From assembly GCF_006345805.1 (NCBI RefSeq), contig NW_021832232.1, positions 62,001 through 126,000 on the forward strand: a DNA stretch of 64,000 nucleotides. The letters are read 5' to 3'. This document shows, one piece after another, positions 11,551-24,767 of the stretch. The position numbers were made by a program, and so were the translations under genes. The notes under the pieces are model-generated. The model was not told where the DNA came from. It made no database searches and was given only the letters and a program-made list of their open reading frames with translations. Within the stretch, counting starts at the first letter, position 1; every line of letters begins with the position of its first letter. This DNA is from Octopus sinensis (taxonomy: Eukaryota).

Positions 11551-13552
11551 TCTACGTTCAAAATATTTCTATTGAGTTCTCTTTTTACTCCCTTTGGGGT
11601 GTCTAATCAGTAAAATTTGATGATTAAGTGTGGCGTTTTTTATGTCCTTTCTTTTTAAAAATCAAATAATCTTTTTGTGGATGCAGAACGAGCTTAATTA
11701 AAGTGTCAAATTTAGCATTTCAAGTTCAACCTTCCACTAAACTCCCAAAAGTCACAAAACTTTGAGAAATATTAAGGGTCTTGATATTACATAGTGAAGG
11801 GATCTAGCTCCTGAAACATTTCAAAGTGGGCTTATTTATACCGTTTACGTGCAATTATTTTCACAACGTTTTTTTCTTGCTGTCTTTATTGTTATCGTAT
11901 ATGTCCAAATATTTATTTTAGTTTGTCGAGATATCCGATACACTGCTAATTCCAATATTATTCTTCCGGTTTGTACAGTACGAAAAGAGCTGTTGGGACC
12001 CGACATGACGCCCGGTGTTCAAAGTATGGAGGATCTGGAATAAAGAGGTTAAATTTATATTGAAAAAGACTGCAAAAAATGTGACCGGGGAAAACAGCCG
12101 GTATAGGGAGAGATCCGGTATATACAAGTTGCACTGTACTAAATCATTAGGACCCGATTACACTCTTTTTCTACAAAAAGTTAAGAGATAAAAAACAATT
12201 TCGGCTTCGTAAGTAACAAAGGGACTACAAAGGCCTTCCTTTTGTTATATTAACGTGAGAAATTTGTTATGGACCTGATCTGTACAGAGATCGGACCGGT
12301 CAACTGGATATTGAAAACTTTGACCAATTTTTTAATATTTCGTTTTCTCTCGTTTTTCAGGATTCATCAGCTGATTGAATGATGTCCGCGGACAAATTGG
12401 CAGCAGTTCAAGGAACTGAACACCTAAATCAGTGAAAGTACGGTAATAATGCTGCCAGTTGTTATTTTTGGGCACACATTCGCGAGATTAAGAGACTATG
12501 AAGGATACTGATGAGAGGATATCCTTCATCTTTTTTAAGAACATGGATTTTTGGGGGTTTTAGAGCTTCGTTCACTATGTGAGTGTTGATGGACACGCGT
12601 CTTCTTGTAGGCGATTGGCTTAAACATTCCAAACTATTTTTAGATTTAAAGCGCACTAAGTTACAAAAACGTGCATTTTTAATTTTCTCACAAGAGCAAA
12701 TCACGACGGGCTGTCTGTCCCAATCATGAGAGGTCTCCATATCACATGATCAAAAATTTCGAAAAAGCGACTACAATTCTTGGCTGTTTCAGAGACAGGT
12801 CCGGGACCATCAATAAATGGGTATCGCTCGTTTTTAATCCAATGATTATGAATATTGATTGTCTAAAGTTTAGACTCTAAACAATCACTTTAATTGGGTA
12901 AATGAATTTAATTATCTAGTGGTTAAATTTGTGTAATAGATTCTGATAATCTCTATTCAGTTGACAGACCAACAATTTTGTTTTTATCAGTTTATAAAAC
13001 GTGGAAAAATCGGAAAATTTATAATTATTCCTTTCATATATTAGAACTATTCGAAACAAAAACAGAGACCACTACAATTAATTTACATATAATCGCTTTT
13101 TGAGTAATAAAACAAATCAAGGCTTCTTTAAAAATAGTTTTTAGAGATCAGAAACATAGAAGAATGTGGAAACATGTCTGAATCGAATTGATACGTTCTT
13201 AATGTTCAAATTAGCAGTTTTCTTTTGTGAAAAACCGATTTGTAAAAGAGGAATTCAATCTATTTGGCCACATAATTACAAATTAATAGGTAAAATCAAC
13301 TAATTAAGTATTCGCAAAGGAATTGTATCTGAGAAAAATGAACGTTTTTTTGGAATTACAATGGAAATTTCAAAAATTTCATACTTTTCTGAACAATCAT
13401 GGAGGCTTGTATTGTCAGAGATTTATATTAGACAAAATTTATTAGGCATTAATTGATTTGAATAATAATTTGTATTAATAATTCATTTATCGACGTGAAT
13501 TATTTTATTTTCTCATAAAACAGATAAGAATGCGTGACTATCGATAGTCAAA

Positions 13553-14462
13553 ATGAATAACGAGGCTGATGTATGTGTCCTAGTTTATTTTATAGAACAA
13601 GTTTATAATTTCAGAGACGTCATTATTCAATCACCAAGTAGCCGGGCATGACACGGAAATTGGTAGTTCTAACAATTAGTTCAGAATTTCTTGCATATCA
13701 AAAAGATAAACTTCTTAAAAAACTGAAAACCGACCGTCGTGGGTTAGTGGAATCAGAATACTACAAAACTGTTTCAAATCCCTCTACAGACGTGGACAGA
13801 ATGCTTTGTAGATTTTCCCCCATTTACTACAAAACTTTGTTTGATTCTGATTCAAATAATTGTTATTTTTGTAAATCACTCGTAGACTATTTGTGTCTCG
13901 AGAACATTTCGGCGACATTTCAGAATCCAACATTGATTGATATCAAAATCGGGCCGGTCACGTGGGAGCCCGGCTGTGTAGATCAATATAAAATGAATAA
14001 ATTCCCAGCATCAGCACAAGTTAAATTCAGAATTTGTGGAATGAAAGTTGTATTCTTTACTCCAGTTTGAAAGATCTGTATTGGACCTGGAGAATACGAG
14101 TTATACGACAAGAAATTCGGTCTCGGCTTAACGTCGGAAACAACATTGAACGGTAAGTGGTGCCTCGAATGTTTGTAGCTTTGAATATCTTTTTTAAGAA
14201 TGGAAGGCAGTTTTTAAAGCCTGTTATTCGAAAACTAACCAAGATTGAAAATTTGTTTAAATGGCAAACAAAATGGAAAATTATTTCGAGTTCTATATTG
14301 ATTATATATGAAAATTGGTGGAATGAAACGTTTAAAATAAATGAAGAAGAGAATTGTAGAGTAAAAATGATAGATTTTGCCCATGCCCTGCCCTCTGATG
14401 CTGTGGATAACAATTACCTCGAAGGTCTCCAATCCCTCATTAACTATTTAAATAAACTCTAA
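13553..14462 (+). CDS. IPMK: Inositol polyphosphate multikinase
   Basis: HQVAGH, the PxxxDxKxG motif PTLIDIKIG, FRICGMK, YDKKFG, SSILIIYE and MIDFAH. Stop at 14460-14462. Confidence 0.88.
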
Positions 14463-15298
14463 AACATATTGCTTAATACCCTTCTTTCGTTTTGAAAGTA
14501 TTTTACTGTGTTTTCTATAGAGTACTTAAACCCTACTTTGATTATGGAAGAGTACATAAGCCCTACTTTGATTTTTGTGCTCGAAATTGATTAGAAATCA
14601 ATTTATCCCTATTTTTTAAATGTTATCCATAACTAAACTATAGGCATATATCCCAACAGTTAAGTTACCATTTAGCTGTGTAGGCCGATTTTAATATCAG
14701 TAAAATATTTTTAAGTATTTATAATGTCTAACTTGGTATTTTTGACGTACATGAATAATGAACAAAAACCTAATTAATGAGCAAAACGAAACATATTTCC
14801 GAGAAAATGACATTTATTTAAGACCAAGAAAATTCCTGAGGTCAAATTTAGAGCAGTCTGAGTGGGAAATGAAAGGACTGATTAAACAATCCTGAGTACT
14901 CTCTTCGATTTTGTCGTCAAATTCGATATCAGGAAATGGTTCATTCCGCCATTTAAGGTCAACAGAAAATTTCATTAAATATCTCTTATCCAGTTCTGTG
15001 TCCATATCAAATTATTGCCACTAAAAAAATTAAGTCACATCTAACCACAAACTATGTATTAAGTTTATCTAATTAATTATGTATCTTTGGTCAAATAAAT
15101 ATAAAAATAATTTAAAAATAATACTATTATCAGAGTAGCGTGAATAAAACGTCTAATGTAGTCAAACCCTGAAAACAAACCTGTACTTGTATCATCAACT
15201 AGTTTAATTTTTGTTTAATTTTAAATTAGTTAATTGTAATATTTCTAATTAATATTTTTTTACTATTTAAATTAGCGGCATAATAAATAGTCTTTCAT

Positions 15299-17940
15299 AT
15301 GGTTTAATTTCGTGAGCCACATTTTCTAGGACATTCGAAACTATTTTTCAAAGAGCAAAGACACAAATTCCTCAGTATTCATTTATAACCATTCTTTTAG
15401 AAACATGAAATAAAAAAAGCTCAAGTAAAATCTGAATCTCCACATTCAATTGGTCTCCTATTTTATCTAACAATCAGCAATTCAAAAACCTAGAAAACGT
15501 CCTTCGAACAGAATTTTAAGCAGTGACGACTCAGAACATTCCAGAACGATTCCTAATATTATAGATAGCCCAATCCAGAACAAAGTTACAAGAAAACGCA
15601 CAAAAAAACCCACCGAACTCAAAAAATCGGAAGAACCTCCCCAATCGACAAACATAGACACAAAAACTGCACAACCTGTTTCAAAACGGCAAAATTTCCG
15701 AATGCTGATGGAACGTGAGCCGCCTACCCAACTGGGGTCAAAAGTGCTTCCTGAGGTGTTAAATTGGTGGTGAGTGAGCAGGCGGCAGAGAATTGTCTGG
15801 AGGGACTGACCTTCGTCCTGAGTGGAGTGTTCGAGTCCTTCACAAGGGAAGACATGGAGATGAGCATTCGGCGATATGGGGGACGAATCACTGCCGCAGT
15901 CAGTCGAAAGACTGATTATTTACTCCACGGACGGGACTGTGGGCAGTCTAAGCTGACCAAAGTGTCCATCGTGTTCCAATTTCCAGGCTAAAGAGTGTGG
16001 AACGACAAAAATAGAGGAGGACGAGTACATTGCCATTCTCAAATCCAAACCTTCCAATAAAAAAGTGTGTTATTGAGGGGAGTGTGTAGACTGTTGAGGA
16101 AACGAGGCCTTTGAGGGAACAGGCACTTGTCCGACGTGATTCGACTGTTTGTCACGACTTGTTGGTCGACAAATACCGTCCTCGCACATTGAGGGATATT
16201 ATTGGTCAGCAGGGGGCCAATTCTGCTGCCAATAAACTTCATCGATGGCTTACCAACTGGAGAAATAGTTTAGAAGGGACTGCGGGGGTCGAAGGGGGTA
16301 ATTTCCGGGCTGCACTTCTGTCTGGTCCTCCAGGCGTGGGGAAGACAACGACCGCCCAGGTGGTCTGCAAGGTGATGATGTGGCCATATTGTTAGGAGGC
16401 AGGGATGAGTTACATTGAAATGAATGCCTCCGATTGTCGGTCTAAAAAAAGGGTTGAAGGCCTTTTGAGGGTGTTTCTGAGCTCGCAATCACTCGCGGAC
16501 TCGTTTTCTGGGACGGCAGTTGATAAATGTCTGATTATGGACGAGGTGGATGGAATGGCTGGAAATGAGGACCGAGGAGGCATATCGGTGTGGTGTGGTT
16601 ACTAACTTGTAGGAACTCATTGCTTGTATTAAAACAACGTCTAATCCCATAATATGTATTTGTAATAACCGGTCTGACCAGAAAATGCGATCATTGCGTA
16701 ATCACTGCTTTGATTTGATTTTCCCACATCCCCGAGTGGAGCAAATTAAGGTTGTTTTCATCCCCATTTGGATTAGGCTGGAGTGAGCAGAATATTGACC
16801 AACGAGGGAATTCGAGTGCCATCGCTGGACCCCCTCATCGAGTCATCCAATCGAGATATCCGCCAAGTAATGCTCACATTTGAGTAGATTATCAACACTA
16901 TTTCTCTCTGGAGTTGTCAAAGTGGGATGACGTGGGATCAACTGCTCGCAAAATCGAAGGCGGGTGGCAAGGATATTAAGATTGTTGTCATTTTCTAATA
17001 TTTTGAGGAAGTTTTTGAAGCTTGCAGACGCGCTTTTTCTCAGAATTTTATTATGGGCAAGTCAATGAACGACCGACTTGCAAACTTTTTTGTGGACTAC
17101 TCCCTCATGCCCCTCTTCATGTTCGAGAATTATGTTGGTTTGACAGTCCAAAAGGGGTCGCATTGTAATTTATTTTCAGTGACAATCTCAGTCGGTTTGC
17201 GGAGGCGGCTGATGCCTTTTGTGTGGCGGATACATTGGATGCACAGATCAGAGGTCCCAACCCTTCCTGGGAGTTGCTCCCTCACATGGCACTCTTCCTG
17301 TGTATTTATCTCAGGGTTTTTGGTCGACGGTGGTGCCTCCGTTGGAAGTGAGAGGTTCGTTGAGCAGTCGTCTCGACTTTCCGAGTTGGTTCGGTAGATA
17401 TTCGACGAGGAATAAAAACCGTCGTTTATTGGAGGAATTGTATGCCCATTCCAAAACAAGGTTGTGACCTGAATATAGTCAGGGTTCTAAACGAGTCCGT
17501 GGATGTCATGTTGATGTATCGGCTGACTTGCCTGAAGAGCATCATTGCCTGCAAACTGAGCAACAATTCCAAAAACGAGGGGATTAGGAAAGTGGGGGAC
17601 CTCCTCAACTACTACTACCTTCAGAAAGAGGACATGGAAACTATATTTGCGTTGTGTGATTTTGGCAAGTCCAGTCTGAGCAATATTCCGTCGAATGTGC
17701 TTTTGTTTTTAATACGGCAAGGTCAAATCTGCCTTGACTCGGCTGAGGAAGAAGGATAACGTGCGGATGCCATACTCTCTGGTGAGTTCACTCCGTGCAA
17801 AGAGACGAAAGCGTGTTGTGGGGAGTGATGATGAGTTGGAGGTATCTTCTGAAAGTAGTTTTGATGTCGTCCCGCTCATTAAGACCAAGGCACTCAATAT
17901 TCATTATGCTTAGGCTAAAAACAAACGGGTAAAAAAGTGA
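15299..17940 (+). CDS. RFC1: Replication factor C subunit 1
   Basis: M|DIRNYF N-terminus, BRCT domain (CLEGLTFVLSG..YGGRITAAVSRKTDYL), LLVDKYRP, Walker A GPPGVGKTT, IEMNASD and MDEVDGMAGNEDRGG. Confidence 0.95.
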
Positions 17941-18159
17941 CATTGCTTTTTAGTGAATTCTTTGTTTTGTTGTTTCTTAAATAAGAAAAGATTTATTAAA
18001 AGATGAGGGACAAAAACATTTCTGTGCATTGTTTTATAAATCAAATAGGTTTGAACTATTTTAGGTGTAGATTAAGGATAGAAGGGATTTTTGGAAGCCT
18101 TAATTTAAAAATATTAATTGTTAGATCGATAAATTTTTATGTAAATAAAACTTCTCAGC

Positions 18160-18411
18160 GTCAATTTTTAGTCTTAATTATCTTGAATAAAAGTAACAAA
18201 AAAAGAAAATTATCTTAAATTGAAATCGCTGACCTTTTAAGGTCAAGAAATTCAATTGAAAATTTTTAATGTTTACTTACAGAATGTCAATTTTTAGTCT
18301 TAATTATCTTAAAAAAGTAACAAAAAGAAAAGAAAGAAAATTATCTCAAATTGAAATCACTGACCTTTTAAGGTCAAAAAATTTGAGTTGAAAATTTTGA
18401 ATGTGAAAAAT
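18160..18411. repeat. Two-copy tandem repeat, unit about 126 bp
   Basis: GTCAATTTTTAGTCTTAATTATCTT at 18160 and 18286. Each unit carries TGACCTTTTAAGGTCA (18230 and 18361). Confidence 0.8.
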
Positions 18412-18811
18412 ACATTCTGGAAATAAACGTTTTAAAAAATATTTGAACTACATTTCAGTTTAATCATTTTCGAATCCGACCTATTAGAAATTCAGCCGGA
18501 ATAAATTCCAATACTAAAAAATTTTATTTTTACAATTGTTAAACGTAAGACAGAAATTGATTCAAATTTCTAAATCTGAATAAATGCGATCGTGGCCCAG
18601 GACTTTGTTCGTGGTGAAATAAGAATATCAAATGAATAATAGTTTCTTTTAGATATGGAATATTAGTTAGAGTTAAATCAAAAAATTGACAATATTTGAA
18701 AATTTTAGTGATTAAAGCACATTTTCCCGATTTTCAATGGAATTGATCGTTTTGAAATAATTTTAAAAAAGAATTCAAAAGCCACAAAATTGATTAATCA
18801 AAACTATTATT

Positions 18812-20110
18812 TTAAAGTTCTACATTAATTTGTGAGAATAGCTCGTCCTCATCCTGGTAATTGACCGGTCTGTCACAGGACTAATATATTCAAAATTCAG
18901 TTTAACAAACCTTTGGAATTTTTAAAAAAGAATTTCTCGTAAATTCTTCGGCTTCTTCTAGTGAATCCGAAATTAATATATTTGAAAAAACAGTCCCAGA
19001 TTGAACCAGAAAATAACAAAAATTCAAAAAACCTGCCAAATTTCAACAGCTACCGTTCCCAGCGAATAATTAAAAGAATTTGGTACTTGAATAAAATACG
19101 GATTTCTAATGATTGGAGGCTTCCATTTTCCTTGATAATTAACGTTTTTGATCTCACTGGGCCTATAAGCCCCCTACTAGTTTTAAAGCGAGTCTGAACA
19201 CGATAATTCGGGTTGACTACGACTTGTGGTTGCCACTTCCCAAAAAACTCTTCGTCCCAATCTTCGGGTTTGACCGCATTTGGGTCAATAATAAATTTTT
19301 CTTTAACCCAGTCACGCGGCTCGAAATCTTCAGGATCGGGAATGTTTTCCCTGTCGTCCCAACTTTCAGGTTTAATGACCTCGCTGTCCTGGAAGTATTA
19401 AATTAGGAATAACTGGAATCATTCGAGGCTCTTTGAGGTCCATATCTGACAACAAGTCTCCACTTTTCACAGTTTTATCATCAACCCGAACATCATAACT
19501 TTGGTTTCTGAAGATTATTAGAGTGAATAAATGAGTATCCTGTCCAAGATCGTCCACCTAGACCATCAAACTACAGGATGTGCCATATATGGGACTTTGT
19601 CCTTCAGTTTGTATAGTCTGTTGTTGTACTCCACCATAACTTTAATCTCTGCATCCGTGCCACACACGTCGGGGCCTAAATTGTCTACTTTATGAGTTTT
19701 TTGCCGAATATGATCGTAGATTGTATTTGGTCGTCCATCATTTCTGGGTTCTCCAATCTCGGCATGAGTTTTAGATATGATCCAGCACATCCAAGACGAG
19801 TTGTCGCTCTTGTGGTGTACTGGAATATCAGGTCTTTTCCCCTGTGTTAAATTCTCGAGCAAAGTTGGCAGAAACAGAATAAAATTTGTTGTCTTCCGAA
19901 GTGACCATTCCATTATTTTCATAATTGCACGTTTTATTGCCTGGGAAATAGACCATCTGTCCGTAGTTGGCTCTCATTTTGGACTGTGTCCAATTTCTGA
20001 GTGGGAAGTCTACAATATTATTCTTTGATCGAACATTGGTCATCAAATCTCTCTGCAAAGTAGATTTTTGGAGAAATCAAATTTGCAAATAAAAATGCAT
20101 ATAAAACCAT
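18812..20110 (-). CDS. CALR: Calreticulin-like ER lectin chaperone (divergent, one apparent frameshift)
   Basis: Signal peptide MVLYAFLFANLIS, KIYFAERFDD, GMVTSEDNKFYSVSA, IIFG|PDVCG, THLFTLII, P-domain repeats KPESWDD, KPEDWDEE and GKWKPPII, VEIWQV, and C-terminus NVEL*. Confidence 0.85.
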
Positions 20111-20898
20111 TGTCTTAAATAATAGTTTTAATTTTTATAACCGAATTGGGTCGCCAGGAAATAAAAAATTTATAATTAATAAAAAAATTTAATCAAAAAA
20201 TTTTTTAATGAATAAAATAGCAAAAATCGAGCTCCAACGTGGGTAGAAATACATCACGGAGACGTCTCGTCGTCACTGCTGGCGAGTCCCATTTGAATGA
20301 CGTCATCGTCTTTTATTCCAAAAAAGAGATTCTGGTGAATACAAAACTAGCACCATTTCGATGTGTTCGTCCTCGGAATTGTCGACCTCGAGAGATACAT
20401 TCGTCGAATTCTCCAGTTCCTTGTTGGCTTCGATTAGTTTCGGTAAAAAGTTTTTGATTTTTTTGAGCACTGTGATAATAATATAATAATATGCCTTCTG
20501 ATTCCCCGACTTTATGACCTTTATTCAGGAGGGAGTGAACTAAAATGACTATTGTTTGAAACCTCGCTTATATGCCTGCAATTTTTCAGTGTTTTTAGGA
20601 GTCTTTCCCACCATAAAATTAAGTCCACAAGAAAATTGCGACACAAAAAATATATTTTTAATTATTATTCACAATACGTTTTAATAAACAATTTATATAA
20701 AAAAAACTATTTTAATGATTCTACTAAACTAATTAATTAATGAGTTACCCATAGTCCATTCGTTACCGTGCAGATTCAATCCCATTTAATTATAAAAGTG
20801 TTTTTAAGTGCTTTTGATTATATTATTTTTTACATAATTCAAACTTTAATTGTTAATAAATAAATTTATTTAATTTAAACTGGTCTTGTTGGTTTGTA

Positions 20899-22060
20899 AT
20901 GATTTACAACCAAATGACTTTCAAAGGTACTAGTTGTGGACATTTTCAGACGGGGATACAACCGTGATCGCGAATGGTGGCTACAACGACTCAATAAGCG
21001 AGTACATATCCATTCGTGATATGACCTTCATCGGCAGTGGTAAATTCGGTCGTGTTTTCCGTGCCAAAATAAACACCTGTGACACCACCGTGGCCATAAA
21101 ACGAGTAGTTCAACGCCACGTCCATAAAGTACCATTTCCCTTCATTTCCAGAACCCCGAACTACGAATAATGCGGCAGCTTCAGCACGTGAATATAGTCA
21201 CCTTGTTGTATTACTTTTATTTGGTGGATTCGGACTTTGAGGTAGTCCCCTGCCTTATTCCAGTCCAATGACTTGATCCTCCACTTGGTCCTCGAATACC
21301 TCCCTCAGACAGTAGCCAATGTAATCCATTTCTACAGTCAGGAAGGCATAGAAATGCCCCAAATATTCATTAAAGTACTCTTTCACCCATATTCTGCAGT
21401 TGTATGTATATCAGTTGTTGTTGGCGTTGAGTTATGTCCATTCCTTGGGGATTGTCCACAGGGATATCAAGCCAAAGAACTTGTTGGTCAATCATGAGAC
21501 AGGAGTACTCAAATTGTGCGACTTTGGCAAGTTGTCGATTAGTTGAGAGTTGTAGTTCCAAAAAACTGGTAGAAGAAGGGTTGAATGTGTCCTACGTGTG
21601 TTCGAGGTTTTATCGGGCACCCGAATTGGTGTTGGGGGCCAAGAAGTACGGGCACAGTATTGATATGTGGTCGGCGGGGTGTGTCATTGGGGAGTTCTAT
21701 GCGGGCACTCCCATCTTCCGAGGAAAGAACTTTATGGACCAGTTTATTCAGATTGTGAGAGTTATGGGGAGTCCTACCAAAGAGGAGTTGGATGCTATGA
21801 ATGATCAGGCTGTTCTTAGGGAATTTCCCCGGGTGGACAAAGTACTGTGGGAGGATGTACTTTGGTGGATTTATTCTTAGTATTTGACTGATCTACCACC
21901 CTTGGGTGTACATCTGATGGATCGGATTATGAATTATACTCCCAAATTGCGCATCTCTGCTCGCGATGCCTGTTTTCATGACTTCTTTGCTGAGCTTTTT
22001 CAACCTGGAACAACTCTCCCGAGTGGCGACAGTCTCCCTACCTTGCTTCGTCCTACATAA
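20899..22060 (+). CDS. GSK3: Glycogen synthase kinase-3 family kinase (divergent)
   Basis: [49 protein letters not shown] and DMWSAGCV. Introns are 22-25 nt. The C-terminus may extend by one exon. Confidence 0.9.
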
Positions 22061-22299
22061 TTATTTATATCTGGTTTTGTATTTGCTATTAGGCTTTGTT
22101 AAACTACTCATTAGTTATGATAGGGCAGTCCATTTCCTGCGAATGTAAACAGCACTAAACGTTCATCAAAAAGTCAAATGTTCGACTATTATAGCGCCCT
22201 CAAGCAAGATTAGTGTTTTGGATCGGTTTCAAATGGCATCGGAAAATAAGAGATTGCTTAATATTTGACTCGATTTAATTTAAGTTTTACTCCAGATCT

Positions 22300-23950
22300 C
22301 CTCCCCGTTGATAAACTTGACAATTTTCTTATTTGTGGAGATTTGAACGCAAAGCACCCGCAGTTGCTTAAGTTACAAACATCTGACGCGAGAACTTAAT
22401 AATTCTCAACAATCCGTCTTTTAACACAAGAACTCCACAGAACAGAAAGGACAAACTTACTCCGCCCGATACGACCCTTTGCTTTGCTAATCTGATGTTA
22501 CCTACTAAATAGAACGTAATCTACGACTTGCGGAGCGACCATAACCCGATAGTCATACGATTCCAAGTCAAATCCCCTTTTAGAAAAACAGTCCCCATTT
22601 TGAAATACGACTACAACCATGCCTGGGTTAACTTTACATTGATAAAGTACTGACGACTTTTGATTACGACTGAATTGACAATGATGTTAAACACTTCAAC
22701 CAAATAATCCTGATTGGTCGGAAGCTATTCGTAAAAATGAGGAAAATCTTGTCAAACACTGTATGAAAATTCCTTTCTCGGATCCTACCGCTAATCAAAG
22801 AACGAAATTCGTTAAAAGGCCAAAAGCATCTCACAAGAGACAACCGGGATCGCATAAGAAAACTAAATAAAATCAGCATACAGACGTCATACAGACCAAT
22901 CTCCAATCCCAGTGACATGCGTACTAAAACAGACATGACCGACCAATCCCAACGTCATACAGACCAATCTCCATCCTCTGGATGTTGTCTAAAGCTCAAG
23001 AAAAACTGGTACTCAACCGAGTCAAACCTTTCCTCACTGACCTGAATTTCCAACATGGATTCGAAAGTGTGAAATCGACGGCCTCACATCTTACCGCGGT
23101 CACTAACTTTATCTCGAAAGGATTAACGACCAAACACTGCAGCTTAAAGACGGTCATGTGTTCGGTAGACATGCACGAGGCTTTCGACTCCATGTCTAGG
23201 AAAATACTCCTCCATCCTAAAAAAGTGGATAGCTAACTTTCTCACTGGAGAAAAGGAAGAATCTATACGAAAAGTTAAAAATCAAGCTCGAAGTATTCAA
23301 AGTTGTGTATTGTTCTATCATATGCGGATGATATTGTGGTTGCCTCTCAGAGGTCACAATATCAGCGGAAAAGCTGCAAAACTACCTCTGCGGTCTTGAA
23401 GGGTGGTTGCTAATAAACCGACTGTCAACAAATCCAAAAAAGTCGATTACTACCCTCCTTACTTCAGCAAACAGACTCGGGAAAGCGGAAATAAATATGT
23501 GTTTAAACGATGTGGAAATACCATTCCAAAAATCACAAAACATTTTGGGGATGGCATACGACGCCTACATCTCTTTCTCGCAGCAAGTGAATGATGTAAA
23601 ATGTACGAAGAAACTCAACATACTTAGAGTTTTCCTTCGAAAATGCAGACAGTGGCCAAGTCTCGCCACTCGCCAAACCGTCTATAAACAGTACATGGAA
23701 CGCTGCGCAGCGTAGGGAAATACGATCAGCTACACCAACCGGGAGAAAAGTTCAAAAATTCAATCAAGAATCTGCAAAACTCTAGAAGAACCAAACGAAA
23801 AACTAAATGTTGCCACATTTGAGATCTTGCGAAAAAACAGGGGACGACATTCGCAACGACTCACTCCCAGCGTCCATACATGAAATATGGGGAACAAGGG
23901 AAGAACTTCAGGGAAAATGAGGACACTCCTCAGAGAAACCGGGATCACCT
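22300..23950 (+). mobile_element. Degenerate APE-type non-LTR retrotransposon (endonuclease and RT fragments)
   Basis: LICGDLNAKHP, RSDHNPIVI, SYRPIS (locally duplicated at about 22885 and 22954), FQHGF, VDMHEAFDSM and YADDI, with many frameshifts. Boundaries are approximate. Confidence 0.8.
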
Positions 23951-24767
23951 AATTAGTTATTTTTGGGTTTTAGACGGTGGTCTCGGTTGAATAATAATAC
24001 TGGCCAACCCTTAGAAAATAACGGACGTTTAGGCCATATTTTTTTTGTACGATTCAGTTTAGTGTTTATTGTTGATTTATAATTCGGATAGAAAGAATAG
24101 CCGACTTAGGTGTGCGGTTGATTACCCTCATTAAATGATAATTAAAAGCTGTTGGGATAGAAATCCAAATATATATTGAAAAGTTCAGTTCTTTATATTT
24201 CCCAAATATAAGACCAACACTCATGTTTTGAAACAATTTTTTATTTTTTAAAATCAATAGAAAACTTGTGTTTATGAAAATTAGGAATCACCAAGGACTT
24301 GAGACTGTTTGCGTGGAGTTTTCCGTAGTGTCCCAACTCTTTCTTGACAATATAAATATTGGTCAGGGTTCGTCGTGAGCATTTATGGATGTTCATTTGT
24401 CCTTTAAATATCACACTTGAATGCTAAGAAAGCATATATATTCACCTGTTTAATCAGCCAACTAATTCATGGTCTTTAATTTTATGGTTATAAAATCGTC
24501 TTTGGGAGTGTTAAGCAATACATTTTTTGTAAATATTAAGTAAAATGTACTATTCCCAAAAATGTAGGTTAACAAGACTGAAAAGATTTGGACGGAGTCG
24601 CATTAAAAAGGTGATATGGACCATTTTTATGCGTATTTGTAATAGGCACAATGAGACAAGTCTTATTTATGCAGTTAATTAGTTTATTATCACAAAAAAT
24701 AACAGATGCACTTATCAACAATTGACAATTAAATAAGCATATTATATCGATTCTCAAAAAAACAAAT

